A stretch of DNA of 64,000 nucleotides from NCBI RefSeq assembly GCF_036321535.1, contig NC_087436.1, positions 9,920,001-9,984,000 on the forward strand, given 5' to 3'. The notes under the pieces are model-generated. The model had not been told where the DNA came from. It worked only from the letters and a program-made list of their open reading frames with translations, and made no database searches. The stretch comes from Camelus dromedarius. Its lineage: Eukaryota. A program made the position numbers and the translations under genes. Every line of letters starts with the position of its first letter. Position 1 is the stretch's first letter. Shown piece by piece: positions 51,256 through 64,000 of the stretch.

Positions 51256-52142
51256 AAAAGGTGAAGTCAAGGGAGTATAGAAGAATGTCATGACAGGAGG
51301 GTAGAAGCCTGGAGCACAAATGAACAAGAGAATCACAGACTTCCAAGTGCGAGAAAAGACCTTGGGTAACTATGACCTAGTCCTCCATATCCTGACCAGT
51401 GGTGGTCAGCTCTCGGCTTCAGTATCCCCGATTGTAGGTAATTCACCAGCTCCCAGAGGAAGTGGTTTAATTTTTGCCTTCCTAATTCAATCCTTCCTCG
51501 TGAAGGACTGTCCTTAATTCTCTTTTGTTTTCTTGCTGTTATTGTTTGAATGGGAAGTCGACAGGAGAGTGCAAAGCAAAACAACAGCAGCCCTTGCTAA
51601 GTCCTGTGCAATAGTTTGACAAAATCACAATTTCACTGGTGTTATCTGCAGGAGTGATTTCACCCTAGAATCCCTAAAATGCTAAGGATGCGCAATTCTC
51701 GGTGAGCGTTCCCCTTGCCCTTCTGAGTGTTATCACTTTAGAGAAGACTGTTTTATATTTCTCAAAATTCCACATTATTGTGACCAAATTTTGAAAAAAT
51801 TCCAGAACAACTGGTTTCTCTCTTGGTATCTATTTTAAATACATGGTTTGATGTTTTCCCCAAGCTCTTGCTTGAAGTGTGAAATTGTTCACACAGCTCT
51901 GGTAAGGCTCCTGAAATTTCTCCTTAAAAAAAAAATCTAGAGTATATGATATAGAAAAAAGTTAACTTTAATAAAAATGTCCAAGGTTAGATGGAGCCAA
52001 CCCACAACGTTCGTATCATGTTCCAAATGGTTAACAGGAATGATTTTGTTCTTTTCTCAAAGGAGAGTATTCTTTGCATCATGCTCGGTTTCCTTAAATA
52101 AGCAGAGGTTGTGTTTGAGGACAATCAGAGCTATTAAAAATG

Positions 52143-52992
52143 TGAGGTGTCACCTCACACGAGTCAGAATGGCCATCATTCAAAAGTCCATGAATGATAA
52201 AAGCTGGAGAGGGCATAGAGAAAAGGGAACCCTCCTTCACTGTTGGTGGGAATGTAGTTTGGTGTAGCCATTATGGAAAAAGGTATGGAGATTCCTCAAA
52301 AAACTAAGAATAGACTTACCATATGATCCAGCAATCCCACTCCTGGGCATGTATCCAGAGGGAACTTTAATTCAAAAAGACACCTGCACCCAGTATTCGT
52401 AGCAGCACTATCTACAATAGCCAAGACATGGAAACAACCCGAATGTCCATTGACAGATGACTGGATAAAGAAGTTGTGGTAATTTTATACAATGGAATAC
52501 TACTCAGAAAAAAAGAATAAAAGAATGTCATTTCCAGCATAAAAAAGAATAAAAGAATGTCATTTCCAGCAACATAGATGGCCCTGGGAAATGTCATTCT
52601 AGGTGAAGTAAGCCAGAAAGAGAAAGAAAAATACCATATGATATCACCCATATGTGGAATCTAAACAAAGGACACAAATAAGCTTATTTACAAAACAGAA
52701 ACAGACTCACAGACATAGAAAACAAACTTATGGTTACAGGGTGGGGAAGGGGGTGGAAAGGAATAAATTGGGAGTTTGAGATTTGCAGGTACTAACTACT
52801 ATATATAAAGTAAACAAACAAGTTTCTTCTATATAGCATGGGGAACTATATTCAATATCTTGTGGTAACTTACAATAAAAAATAATCTGAAAATGAATAT
52901 ATGTATGTATATGTATGACTGAAACATTATGCTGTACACCAGAAATTTACACAACATTATAAACTGACCATACTTCAGTAAAAAAAGAAAAA
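52143..52992 (+). mobile_element. 5'-truncated L1 with TSD
   Basis: ORF2 C-terminus (HLTRVRMAIIQK...[10 protein letters not shown]). TSD aga(g/a)ctattaaaaatg at 52127-52142 and 52993-53008. Internal tandem duplication of about 32 bp at about 52508-52570. Confidence 0.95.
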
Positions 52993-55229
52993 AGAACTAT
53001 TAAAAATGAAGTGACTGCATTTCAGAATAACTTGTGTTTTCTGTCACCACTGCTTCTCTATCTTGGTATCTAACATGCAGGCAGTTGGCAGGGATGTTCA
53101 TCGCTCAGCCCTTCCGTCTTTACCCTCCAGAAAGAAGAAGTATCACTAATTTCTCTGCACATCCAGTTATGGGGGAGGGTCCCAATGAGGTTGAAGGGTC
53201 TAACACTTAAAGAATCATCCATCCAGGAAATTAAAGCTATTTCAAGAGGCATATTTATACATACTAACCTACACAGTGAAGATGGTCAACAAGTCAAAAG
53301 AGACTTAACATGACTAACTTTTTCTAATAAAGGTCACTCATTTTAAGGCATGAGAACAGGGCAGTGCAGAGTTTGAGAGGGAAGTTTCCAGAATCAGACA
53401 GCCCTGAGTTTGGATTCTGGTTTCACCATGACTATTGATATGACCCTGAGCAAGTCATCTGTGGTTAAAACCTAAGCCTAATGTTACATGCTTAAAGATA
53501 AGACTAATACGAGTATTTCACCCCATTAAATTCTGTGAGGAATAAAAGATAATGCACACAAATGATGTCTGACAGTACCGAAGACACAGGAGCATTTAAT
53601 AAACACAAGGGCTATATTATTTCTTAGTCCATGGTTCCAGAAATGTTTATCATGTCTGCTGTATTCCAGATCCTGCGTGAGGCAGTGAGGACAGGTGAAT
53701 TAGAAGTTCCTGGCTTTAATTGTCCTCAACATCTAGTAGAGAGGAGGAAAAGATAAACCAATGACAGTATAATGTGAGAAGTATGACCGAGGGACAGGGG
53801 AACACAGGTGGGGGGGTGGGGAGGCGGGTCACAGACAAGACAACAGGAAGGTTTGATGGCTTTACAAATAAATGAAAGTCTTTCCAGTGATGCAGGCTCC
53901 TAGAAATGTTTCTGATTCTTTATCACATGTGCTAGGCTCTCCACGGATATCATTTCTCTATGGAGTAAATATTGTGCTTCTGAAATCTGCCATCATTTCT
54001 CCAGGCTGTTAAGGAGGCTGTTCTTAAGGACACTGGTCTAGTGAGCATCTTTAAATTGGAGCCCCTGGAATCAGGCTCCCGGGATTAACTTCTCGCTTCC
54101 TTGAGCACTGGTGTGCTGTGTGCAAAATTCTCAATTTCTGTAAGCTCAGTTACCTCCTCGGTGGAGTGGGGGGCACGCTGTTCCCGATTTCATGAAATTG
54201 CATGAGGATTAAGGGAAATAATACATATCAGTCACTTGACAGATGTCAAGTGACAAATGAGTGTTGGCTGAGACACGGGGTTGAAAAGCTCAAAACCACT
54301 CTCATTTCAGAGAAGCCATCATCTTCTGTTTGGTTTGTCGGGACCATGACCCATTAATCAGAATTCAAAAGGGAACACGTCTCTGGGCAAGAAGGAGAGA
54401 CCCAGAGGTGCTGGGAAGAGCACTTCTATTTGTAATGGCGTTCTTCTCTATTTCCCTGGATGGGAGGATGAAGGATTCTGTGTGAAATGAGATAAGGGCT
54501 GGTTTCCATTTACACTGTTGGGATAGCTCTGTTTTCTGTGCGCTCGTTCGTAATTCTCTCATTTAATGTGTAAATATGTTTTAGTCTTGACAGAGCGTGT
54601 TCCTGGTTTTATGGCCAAATCTGTTGCCATGCTGCATCTCGTTTTCTTTTTTGTATTTTTAATAAGAATCCATTGGTTTATCTTTTTTTTTTTTTTTTTT
54701 TTTTTGTCAGATTCTTGTGAAAGGTAACAACCCTTTCCTAATGACCCGAGACAGCAAGAAAAGAAAGGAGAGGTCTTGGGGGGAAGATAATATTGTTCTC
54801 CACAGAAATAGTAAAATTAGACTCTGGATGCGGGAAGTGGTGGGAGGATTACTGCCAGCAAAATAAACATGCTGATTAATTAAAATCTCAGTCCCCATGC
54901 CGTACCTGTGGGGGCTTCACGGCTGCGTTCCCCAGCAGCACAGCTGTACTGTCATTCTCTGAAGGCTAGAGATCATTGTCTGAAAATTTTATTTGAGCTG
55001 AAAAAGCAGGTCGAGAATCACCAACCACTCCCTACCACAGGACGACACACTGGTAGCCCAGTGGACGGGTTCTAACGATTACACGTATGTGTACCGTTTC
55101 CCCAGTAAACCCACAATGGATTTCTCCTTACCATTTCCTAACCCCAAATTCTTATGATACTCAAATTTGAGGGTATTTATATCAGGTTTTCCTGCCTAAG
55201 CAGTCTTTTTAAAGTCTTTTCAAAAGTGT

Positions 55230-56660
55230 AAACTAGAATACACATACAGGGTAATTGCACATCTGAAGCGTAATGGAAGAGCATAATGAAAAATTGCAAA
55301 GCCAACACCCAGAATGAGAAATAAAATACTCTGCTCACCAAGAATTCCTCCACCTCACTGTGTGGGTGCCTCTTCCAGATTCCACTCCTTTCCTCTCCTG
55401 CTGGAGAGAACCATCGCCTTGATTTTATAGTAACACTTTCTCTGTGGTTTTCCCAAATACATGTGAATCCCAAAAAATATAGTTTAGCTTTGTGGGTTTT
55501 TAAAAAAAATTCTTATGAGTGGAATCATACAAAATGTATTATATTTTTTGTCTAGTTTCATTTATTCAATATTATCTGTGGAAGGTTTGGAATGGAGACA
55601 GAATTTATTTTGTTTTGTTGCTAGAAAATAGTCTAATCTATGACAATATTATGATTATCCATTCTAATTGGACATTTGGATTGTTTCCAGTTTGGGATAA
55701 TTAAGGGCAATGATGCTACAGACATTTTTCACATTTAATGTCTTCTGTCCCACATGGACAAGAAACTTCACAAGTTCTAGCTTAGGGTTCAAACTGTAGG
55801 ATGAGAAAATGTGCATTCTTTCAACTTTACTAGCTAGTCCCAGGTTGTTTTCCAAAGTTGGTCTTATTAACACCCCTGCCAGCAGACCTCATACTATTAC
55901 CATTTGGTCAAACTTATGGGTGTATAATGGTATTTTATTGTAGTTTTAATTCACCTTTTCCTGACCACTAATGACACCGAACCCCTCTTAGATGTTAAGC
56001 AACAATCTCCTATTTTTGTGAAGTTCAAATATTTTGCCCATTTTTCTCAGAGTATTTCCTTCTTCTTAACAATAGTTTTTATAAAATCTAGATTCAAGGA
56101 CTTTGTTGTTTTCCCCAGCTTTATTGACATATAATTGACAAATAAAGTTGAAAGATATTTAAAGTGCACAATGTGATGATTTAATACATGCATACATTGT
56201 GAAAGGACTCCCCCAGAGAATTAACACATTCATCACCTCGAATATTTCTTCTTTTTTCTTGTCAGAACATTTAAGTCTTACTTTCTTAGCAATTTTCAGT
56301 TATTCACTACACTGTTATCAAATGTAGTCATCATGTTAGACATTAGATCCACACACTTAAATCATGATAGAACTGAAGCTTTGTAGCTTCTTACTAACTT
56401 CTTCCTGGATTGCCTCATAACTATGTTGAAAGACCATACATCGCTCACTATTCTGTAGAAAAACTCTTGCCAACTACAACAACAATAATAATGATCATGA
56501 ATTTGGTGCTCATTTTACGTACCCAAATATATACTCATTTAATTCAATGTGGATCCCTGTTTTTAGATTTTCCCTTTTATTCCATTGGTGCTTTTGTCTG
56601 TGTTTTGTCTATTTCTGCACCAATATTGTCTTCACTGCTACAACTTTGTATGTGCTTAAG
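55230..56660 (-). mobile_element. Old L1 (L1ME-like) with a nested younger L1 3' end at about 56110-56400
   Basis: ggacatttggattgtttccagtttggg; cagctttattgacatataattgacaaataa. Confidence 0.75.
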
Positions 56661-56696
56661 ATGTTTTAAGTAATTATAATACAAAAACATACTGAG

Positions 56697-56841
56697 TATA
56701 GCACAGGGAATTATATTCGATAGCTTGTAATGACCTATCATGGAAAAGAGTCTGAAAAAAGAATAGATGTATAATTGAATCCCTTCACTATACACCTGTA
56801 ACATTGTAAACTAACTTCAATAGAAAATAAAAGTTTAAAAA
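56697..56841 (+). mobile_element. Short L1 3' end with TSD
   Basis: tatagcacagggaattatattc...; TSD aaaaacatactgag at 56683-56696 and 56842-56855. Confidence 0.9.
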
Positions 56842-59416
56842 AAAAACATACTGAGGGTATTACAGGCTAGTAAAAAACTGGATATCTCTTAGTCAAGTTT
56901 CATAATTATTAATGGTCAAGTTGATGATCAGAATCCTTGCAAGATGTTTAAATGTAGTTAAATCAAGAATCATTTTTAAAAGATGGTGAATGATTCTTGA
57001 TGATCTAAGTCTAGTTTGAGAAGATAATTTATAATAAAGAAGCACATGAGGAAGCAGTGGGTCTTAACCAGGATATCACATCAGAAAAAATTGCAAAAGC
57101 TTTCAAAGTTCACGTCTGCTTCCTTAGTCCCAAGGAAATCTGGGATATAGATGAGAAATGTGAATTTAAAATTAAAAATATGTGACTCTGATCATCACTC
57201 ATGTTGATAACTACTCCAAAGAGTCAAAAAATTGATTTCAAGTTCCAGATCTACCAATTACTAGCTTTATGACCTTCAATGTTACTTAAACTTCTAGTTT
57301 TTTCAACTATAAAATGGGGACAGGTGTCCCTCTGAAACCCAGAGGGGTTTTTTAAAGGCCAGTAGGCATAAATACCTCTTACTTCTCTTCCTCTTTCAAT
57401 CATGGTTTCCCAAATAATTGTCTAGTACGAAGGGTTGTCAGCAGTATCTAAATAAAGCAAACTGCATAGAAGTGGTTTATGAGCTGCAAAACATTATTTA
57501 AATACGAAGTATTTTCATCTTAAAAGTTATTAGGTCAAGGAAGTGCTAGGGAACAAGCAGTGGTGGATTCACTAAGGACAAGAATGAAGGCAGACTTTAT
57601 TGGATTTAGTGCCAGGCTTTAAGCAACACTGGAAGTGACCTCTTGTGCTCCTTCTGAGGCACCATCTTCTTGTGCAAATGGCCATTTGTCAGGTAATGTA
57701 ACAGCAGGGAGAGGAGTAGGCTGTGATATTTCTTGAGCCCTAATATGGAGTCAATCATACAACGAGGTATCCCTACTGCAACTCACTTTCGGGGCTATGC
57801 TCACTGGATCTCCACTTAGTTTATTTGGTTATTATTTGGCAGCCAAAGAGACTTGCATGGCAAACTAGAATGAAATACTTGTGTCAGTAGAGTCAGGATT
57901 ATTAGAAGTAATAATAGCTGCCTTCCACAGACACTCCCAAGGGAACCTCTTCACCTGCCTCGGAAACCAGCTTCTGTTCCCCAAACTGACGGTTTGAATA
58001 AAAAGGAATCTCTGCTTAAAGCCAGTGAACGTGCACTTGGGTATCACATCTACGTCCCACCCTTGAATTTGTAACTTACACCATGGGTAGCCACAATAAC
58101 ACCACGTCTTCCTCAATCCGCCTCAAAGTATTTAACAAACTCCTGAGTCTCCACCACCGCCCTCGTCCTGCTCATGTGACGACAGAGGACTCCAAGGAAG
58201 AAACATCCCATAAACGACTGAACTTGGAACCAAACGCATTAAAAAGAAGTAGGACCCTTGGATATGTTTGTTATTTCTCCAGAGCTATGAACATCAGCTG
58301 ACACTTTGTTTCCATTTGTCTTTGATTAATGTCAGCTCCTTTCTCAGCTGAAGCATCTCTTGTTCTTATTACATGCTTAAAGATAACTTTTGTTTCAAAT
58401 GCATAAATTATGTATAACCTAGGCAAAGGGAAAAAAAAGCAGAAACGTTCCAATAATCCTATTGTATGCTCTATGACCTGGCCAGATGACGATTCTCTAT
58501 AATTTTGCTTGTCTTCTCATAGTGGACCTCATGCCGCTAAGGCTCTTATCACTGTCAAGGCTTGCTTCAGGTGTCTTCAGGAAGCTTCCCTCAGTTCTGA
58601 GTGAAGTGGCTCCCAGAAAACTGTGACTACACACCTTGAGGGTGGGCAGGTGGACGTTACACTCCATCTGCTCCATGTTAAAACGATGCATTTCTGTCCC
58701 ATTGAACACAATGCTTGTCAAGAGTAAGTCTTTTTTTACTACCAGCATCTTCCACAGAACTTGGACCGCTTGGGTTATGCATTAAATGTTAGTTGAATGG
58801 AGCGGCACTGCTATTACCTCTTGCTGATGAGATCCATTTATCCACTTCCCAGATACACTGATGGTGAGGTGAGGATACTCAACTAAAAAGTTGGATATAA
58901 ATTCTTAACTTTAGAGTCTGCTGTTCTTTCCTTACCTACTCTCCGGCCAAGACTACTGTAGTGTTGGTTCAGGCAGAGCTGGCTGGGAAGGGAATATTAT
59001 GTCCAAACTATAGAAAGCATGAAAAATAAGTAAAAGAAGTGTTAGGATGACTTCAAAACCAGGAGCAATTGAAATATTTTCAAAGTGCCACGTGTGTGAT
59101 TTCTTCAAAAGGAAAATGTTTAAATAAGACTGAAATGAAACCTAATACACAGTTCCTAGCATTTTTAGCTTACTTTATTTTCCCCCGGTTTTTCTTATTT
59201 GGCTGACTTTTTTTCTAATACACTCTAGTAATGCTGAGGTATTTAGAATATTAATCATGGCTATTTAATTTAAAATTTTAATTTTATTCAAAATGTTTAA
59301 TAATAATTTACTTAAATATATTCAGGTGCAATTTTCCCTGAAGAAGTATTTAAACAGGAAAATGGTATTTCCTTGTAAAAAATTGCACTTTTTAAAAAAA
59401 CTTGCCTTGTGCTCTT

Positions 59417-59529
59417 TTTTTTAAATATTTTTTTTTTCCTCTTTGGTTGCTGGAGGTACTAAGGATTGAATCCAGGACCTCATGCATGCTAAGCATGCAT
59501 TATATCACTGAGCTATGCCCCACACCCCC
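59417..59529 (-). mobile_element. tRNA-derived SINE (vic-1-like)
   Basis: Antisense SINE head; TSD tgccttgtg(c/t)tctt at 59403-59416 and 59530-59543. Confidence 0.92.
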
Positions 59530-59567
59530 TGCCTTGTGTTCTTATTTAGTATTAAATATAGGCTAAC

Positions 59568-59722
59568 GGGGCAGGGAGTGAGAAGGAGCACATAGCTCAG
59601 GGGTAGAGTGTGTGATTAACATACATGACGTCCTGGGTTCAATCCCCAGTACCTCCATTAAAAAAATAATAAATAAATCTAATTACCTCCCCCTCCAAAA
59701 TCAAACATTTAAAAAATAAAAT
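59568..59722 (+). mobile_element. tRNA-derived SINE (vic-1-like)
   Basis: catagctcaggggtagagtg...cctgggttcaatccccagtacctcc; perfect TSD aaatataggctaac at 59554-59567 and 59723-59736. Confidence 0.93.
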
Positions 59723-60061
59723 AAATATAGGCTAACCATAGTATCTTGAGACTGAAAAAAAAAAAAAAAAGACCAGTTGTATGAAGCTGCTTAAGCTGAA
59801 AGCCAAGTATGTAATTTTTAAAATTTCCATTTGGCTGTGAGTGGGCCAGGGAGCCATACAGGGTTCACACAGACATGCTCTGGAGTCACCCAGAGGTTGG
59901 ATCAAACTCACCTTCTGGGAATTACTAACTGTGATCTGGGGCTTTGGAGGGATGGTCTGTAATCTCCGTGAGCTGCACTTGGCTCCTTTGCAAGATGATG
60001 ACACCATCTCATTGAGAGCTTGCTGTGAGGCACTGAGGGCTCCCTTGGCAGCCATTGCTTT

Positions 60062-60091
60062 CGTGAAGGCTATCCATGTATAGCCTTCACG
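60062..60091. other. 30-bp near-perfect palindrome / 12-bp stem hairpin
   Basis: CGTGAAGGCTAT-ccatgt-ATAGCCTTCACG. Confidence 0.9.
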
Positions 60092-60833
60092 GAACAACTT
60101 CTGTTACTAGTCACCTGATGATGAAGGATTTCTTTGTCCACAGCCCCTTTCCTCCATTCAGAGTGAGGTGGTTTTATTGCCATGTTATTATTGTTTGTCA
60201 TCGCGTTGCATTAGTACTAATGGAATGTCTTCAAATTTCAAAACTTTGATCGGAAAGATAGGCCACCGTAGTCCTTTAAATATTACTGACTGCCAGTTTT
60301 CTCTCTATCCCTGACCCTGACCACAGCTCCTGGCCTCTGAGACCCTATTCTTAGCACAGCCCACATCACATCCCATCTGTGTCTTGTGTCAGTTTGGTCA
60401 ATTGGCTTTCCTCTCTGCAACTTCATTCACACCCAAATACAACTTCTAAATATTGTTCTGTTCTCAGTTGCAAAATATCATTTCTGTGACCTTTAAAAAT
60501 ATTGTCCATTTTGGAAATCAAGTGCATTCCCCTCATCAGCGCCTCCACACTCTCCCCGAGTCTACCTCAGTCTCTGCATCTTCTCTGCTCGGCTGTCACA
60601 CGGCACAGGCTTCTGTCTTACTTGGCTAAACCATGCCTCTCTTTATTTTTCAGGAGACTTCCTCTTACAGGACCTGTTACAGGCAGAGTACTTTATTGTA
60701 AATAGTCCCAGAACAGCTCTCATATTTTATTAACTCATTCCTAGATTTACTTAAAGGAATCACATAATATTGGAACTTATATCTATATTAGATATTAGTT
60801 AATCTAATCTCATTTTTCAAATGAGAGTGCTGA

Positions 60834-60953
60834 ACCTAACCTTAACCCTAACCCTAACTCTAAACTTGCCCTTAACCCTAACCCTAATCTTAACCTTAAC
60901 CCTAACTTTAACCCTAAACTTAATTCTAACCTTAACCATAACCTTAACCCTAA
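60834..60953 (-). repeat. Degenerate interstitial telomeric-like array (TTAGGG)n
   Basis: 20 hexamers in unbroken register: 7 exact CCCTAA, 5 CCTTAA, the rest variants. Confidence 0.85.
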
Positions 60954-62754
60954 CTTTTGTGGTGCATCAGAGATTGGCGTACAGCAAGCATTGCCTGTCT
61001 TTTCCTTCAATTAAAATCACCCCTTGAAAGCAAAGGTTACATTTTACCTACATCCCATGTGTCTACAAAATTTAAGTTGCTTTGGTGCTAATACAACAAT
61101 TCAACACTGTAAGATTTTGATATAATTTTATGCCTAATTATGAACACACTGTGCCTGTAACAGGCAGTGCTTGTTGCAGGGATGATGGCAGTGGCAGGTG
61201 ACCTGGAACTCTTGTCTGAGCCTTACTTCTATGGTTGTCCCCTGCCATTGGTTAGGCCTTTGGTAAACTCAATGCCCATAAAGGGCTGGGTGTTGTGTTA
61301 TAGAACAGAGTTGATGGGCTTCGGAGCGGGACATGCCTGCATTGGGATTTACCACTTGCTACCACGTGGCTTTGATTAAGTCATAGAACCTCTGTGGGCC
61401 TTAATGAGAACAGTGACACAAACGTGACATGTGACTTAGAGATAACTTACGGTAAGCACCCAAGAGATAAGGGCTTTATATCTGACAGCTATTATTATTA
61501 TTAAAGTCTATTTGATACTGCCTAGCGGGAATGCATTAGTAAGATAGATCAAGTAGTCTCCAAAAGAGTCTTCCAAAAGGAAATCAGCAGCAAACCAAAA
61601 CAGGTGGAGCTAGAGAAAGTGATATGAACACTCACTTGTTTCATTAATTTTTTAAAAAGCCATAAAACACCAAGACTCAAGATGAATACATATATATATA
61701 CACATACGTACATTATACGTGCACGCGTCATACATAAATAAAGAAGTAGGAGCCTCAACAACTAGTAAAATTTAGCTTAAAATTAAAAACAAAACCAAGG
61801 AAAACAAGTTAGTCACACCTTTTTTTTCTTTCTTGCCTTTTGGGAAAAGCACAATATTTTGCTTCATTGCTTTCACTCACTTCACAACAGGCATGTGGAT
61901 TACATGGAACACAGGCGAAATCAGTCAGCTGTATGGTGTTTTCCCATTGTTCACTGGTTTAAAGGAATAGAAGAAAATCCATGGATGTTGAAATCACGTG
62001 GCTCTAGGTTTGAATCTTACCACGTCTTACGGGCATCGGTTTACTCACTTGTAATATCACAAGATAATGTACAAAGAAAAGCATCTGGCAAAAGACTGAA
62101 TCAGATACATACGTTAATGCAATATTCCCAAGAGACAGTTTTAATCAACACATCTTTCTCTTCTCTCTCACTTCGGAGTAGATGTTGTAAATGCAAAGTC
62201 TGACTTCAGTACGAGACCGCAGAGCTGTGGTTTTGTCTCGAGGGGGTATGTTGTGCCTACCCAGTGAATGCTTATGAGCATAAACGCTGAAGCTTTCACT
62301 GGAAGAAGCTGAAGCATCGCACAGAATTTTCTCATTAAGGGCAAACAGTAATCATCTGGATAATTTTATTCTGATCAAGTGTAGACACGTTTAGAAAATG
62401 AACAAGGTAATCAGATAGACTGGAACTGGCACGAGCCTCAGAATCAAACATGCAATTAAATCTCTGCTTTGCCCTTTATTAGCTCAAGTGAGTTTAGAAT
62501 GCTGTTTAATCTGAGCCTCAGTTTCCTTGTGTGTGAAATGAGGGTAAAAGAGGCTACTTGGAAGATATTTCTTGAAGATCAAATGAGGTAACATATATCC
62601 AATTTCTAGTACAGAGCAGGTTCTCAAATATTATCTCTCTTCCAACCTTCTATACTTTTTCTCCCCTTTAGAAATTATTGTGAAAATGAAATAAGATTTT
62701 GATGATAATTCAAGTGCTTCTTATATCAGTTTTCCTTATATTTTAAAGTTAGGA

Positions 62755-62813
62755 GACAGAACATTGTAAAATGATTATAACTCAATAAAAAATGTTAAAA
62801 AATAATAATAAAA
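62755..62813 (+). mobile_element. Extremely truncated L1 3' end with TSD
   Basis: acattgtaaaatgattataactcaataaaaaatgttaaaaa; TSD taaagttagga at 62744-62754 and 62814-62824. Confidence 0.8.
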
Positions 62814-62919
62814 TAAAGTTAGGAAAGGCAGCTCACAAAATGAGAGAAGATATTTGCAATGCATGAACCTGATAAAGGACTAGTACCCAGAATATGTAAA
62901 GAACTCTTATACCTCTCTT

Positions 62920-63590
62920 CCTTAATTTGTGTGTTACTTGGCATTATGTTGCTTAATCTCTAAGTATTTGGGGATTTTTGAACTATGTTTCTTTTATTGA
63001 CTTCTAGCTGAATTCCGTTTTGGTCTCAGAGCAGACATTGAATGATTTCTGTTGCTTTAAATTTGTTAAGGTTTCTTTTTCCCTCCATGGCTCAGAATGT
63101 GGTCTATCATGGTGAATGTTCCATGTGAGCTTGAAAAGAATGTGTAGTCTGCTGTTGTTGGATCAAGTAGGCAATAGGTGTCAATTTAATCCAGTTGATT
63201 GATGGTGCTGTTGAATTCTCCTATGTCCTTACCGATTTTTTGCTTACTGTTTCTGTCCATTCCTAATAGAAGAATCTTGAAGTATCCAACTATAATAACG
63301 GATTTATTTCTTTCTCCTTGTAGTTCTATACATTTTTGCTTCACATATTTTGTTAAGTGTGTACACATTAAAAATTGATATATCTTCTTAGAGATATTGT
63401 TTATGTAATAATACATATTACATAATTATTATTATGTAATAACCCCTCTATTATTATGTAATGCCTCCTTTGCCCTCATAACTGTCCTTGCTCTGATGTC
63501 TTCTCTGTCTGAAATTAATATAGTTAAGACTGCTTTATTTCTATTAGTGTTAGCATGATGTGTTACATTTCTCCATCTCTTGCCTTTTGC
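62920..63590 (-). mobile_element. Old L1 ORF2 endonuclease-region fragment
   Basis: Translation of 63186-63416 (YVKQKCIELQGE...VIIVGYF...QKIGKDIGEFNSTINQLD) resembles the L1 endonuclease. Confidence 0.88.
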
Positions 63591-63599
63591 CACTTTTTA

Positions 63600-64000
63600 T
63601 TTTATTTATCAAATTTTTGATTTGCTTTTTATGTGATAAAATAGACATAATAGAAAATTTACTATCTTAACCATCTTATATGTGTGCAGTTCAATGAAAC
63701 CATCACCACCATCTGCAAAACACTCCTCATCTTGTGAAACTGAAAATCTATACCAATTAAACAGTAATTTTCAATTGTCTCCTCCTCCAGCCCAGGCAAC
63801 CACCACTCTCCTTTCTTTCTCTATGATTTTGACTAACTACTCTAAGTAGCTCATATAAGTGGAATCACATAGTATTTGTGTTTTTATGACTGGTTTATTT
63901 CACTTAGCATAATGTCCTCAAAGTTCATACATGTTGTAGCATATGTCAGAATCCCTTTCCTTTATAAGGCTGAATAATAATTCATTGTCTGTATATACCA
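63600..64000 (-). mobile_element. L1MB-like 3' end (runs off the window)
   Basis: catataagtggaatcacatagtatttgt...tttcacttagcataatgtcctcaaagttcat. Confidence 0.88.

Noticed and set aside
60810..61027. LT-repeat and LG/LR-repeat ORFs
   Set aside because: Translation of the telomere-like hexamer array.
1..64000. A novel multi-gene biological system
   Set aside because: No intact recognisable CDS, operon-like organisation or RNA gene; the content is dominated by transposon relics and simple repeats.

Overview
This is repeat-rich, AT-rich mammalian genomic DNA (intergenic or deep intronic), most likely from a camelid. At least eight copies of a tRNA-derived SINE match my recollection of the camelid vic-1 family, and the L1 3' ends are of the cetartiodactyl type. 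I recognise no intact protein-coding gene or RNA gene. The long ORFs in the track are microsatellite read-throughs, decayed L1 ORF1/ORF2 fragments or chance ORFs. The window holds a near full-length decayed L1 (27.5-34.2 kb, minus strand, 19-bp target-site duplication, TSD), many truncated L1s, several ERV/MaLR solo LTRs, MER20/MER5, MIR and L2 relics, and several simple repeats. The most interesting observations are five. (1) A ~420-bp poly(A)-tailed, TSD-flanked insert splits a young SINE at 24.8-25.2 kb and carries an ancient MER5 plus a p53-type tandem motif. (2) An orphan L1 5' end is fused to unique sequence at 46.9-47.5 kb. (3) A degenerate interstitial telomeric array sits at 60.8-61.0 kb. 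(4) A CpG-rich, promoter-like element lies at 22.3-22.6 kb, and candidate spliced exons of a possible lncRNA or alternative 5' exons are scattered through the window. (5) Nested retroelements create close inverted repeats. I found no support for a novel multi-gene system. Repeat family names come from visual recognition, not a database search, and boundaries without a TSD are approximate.
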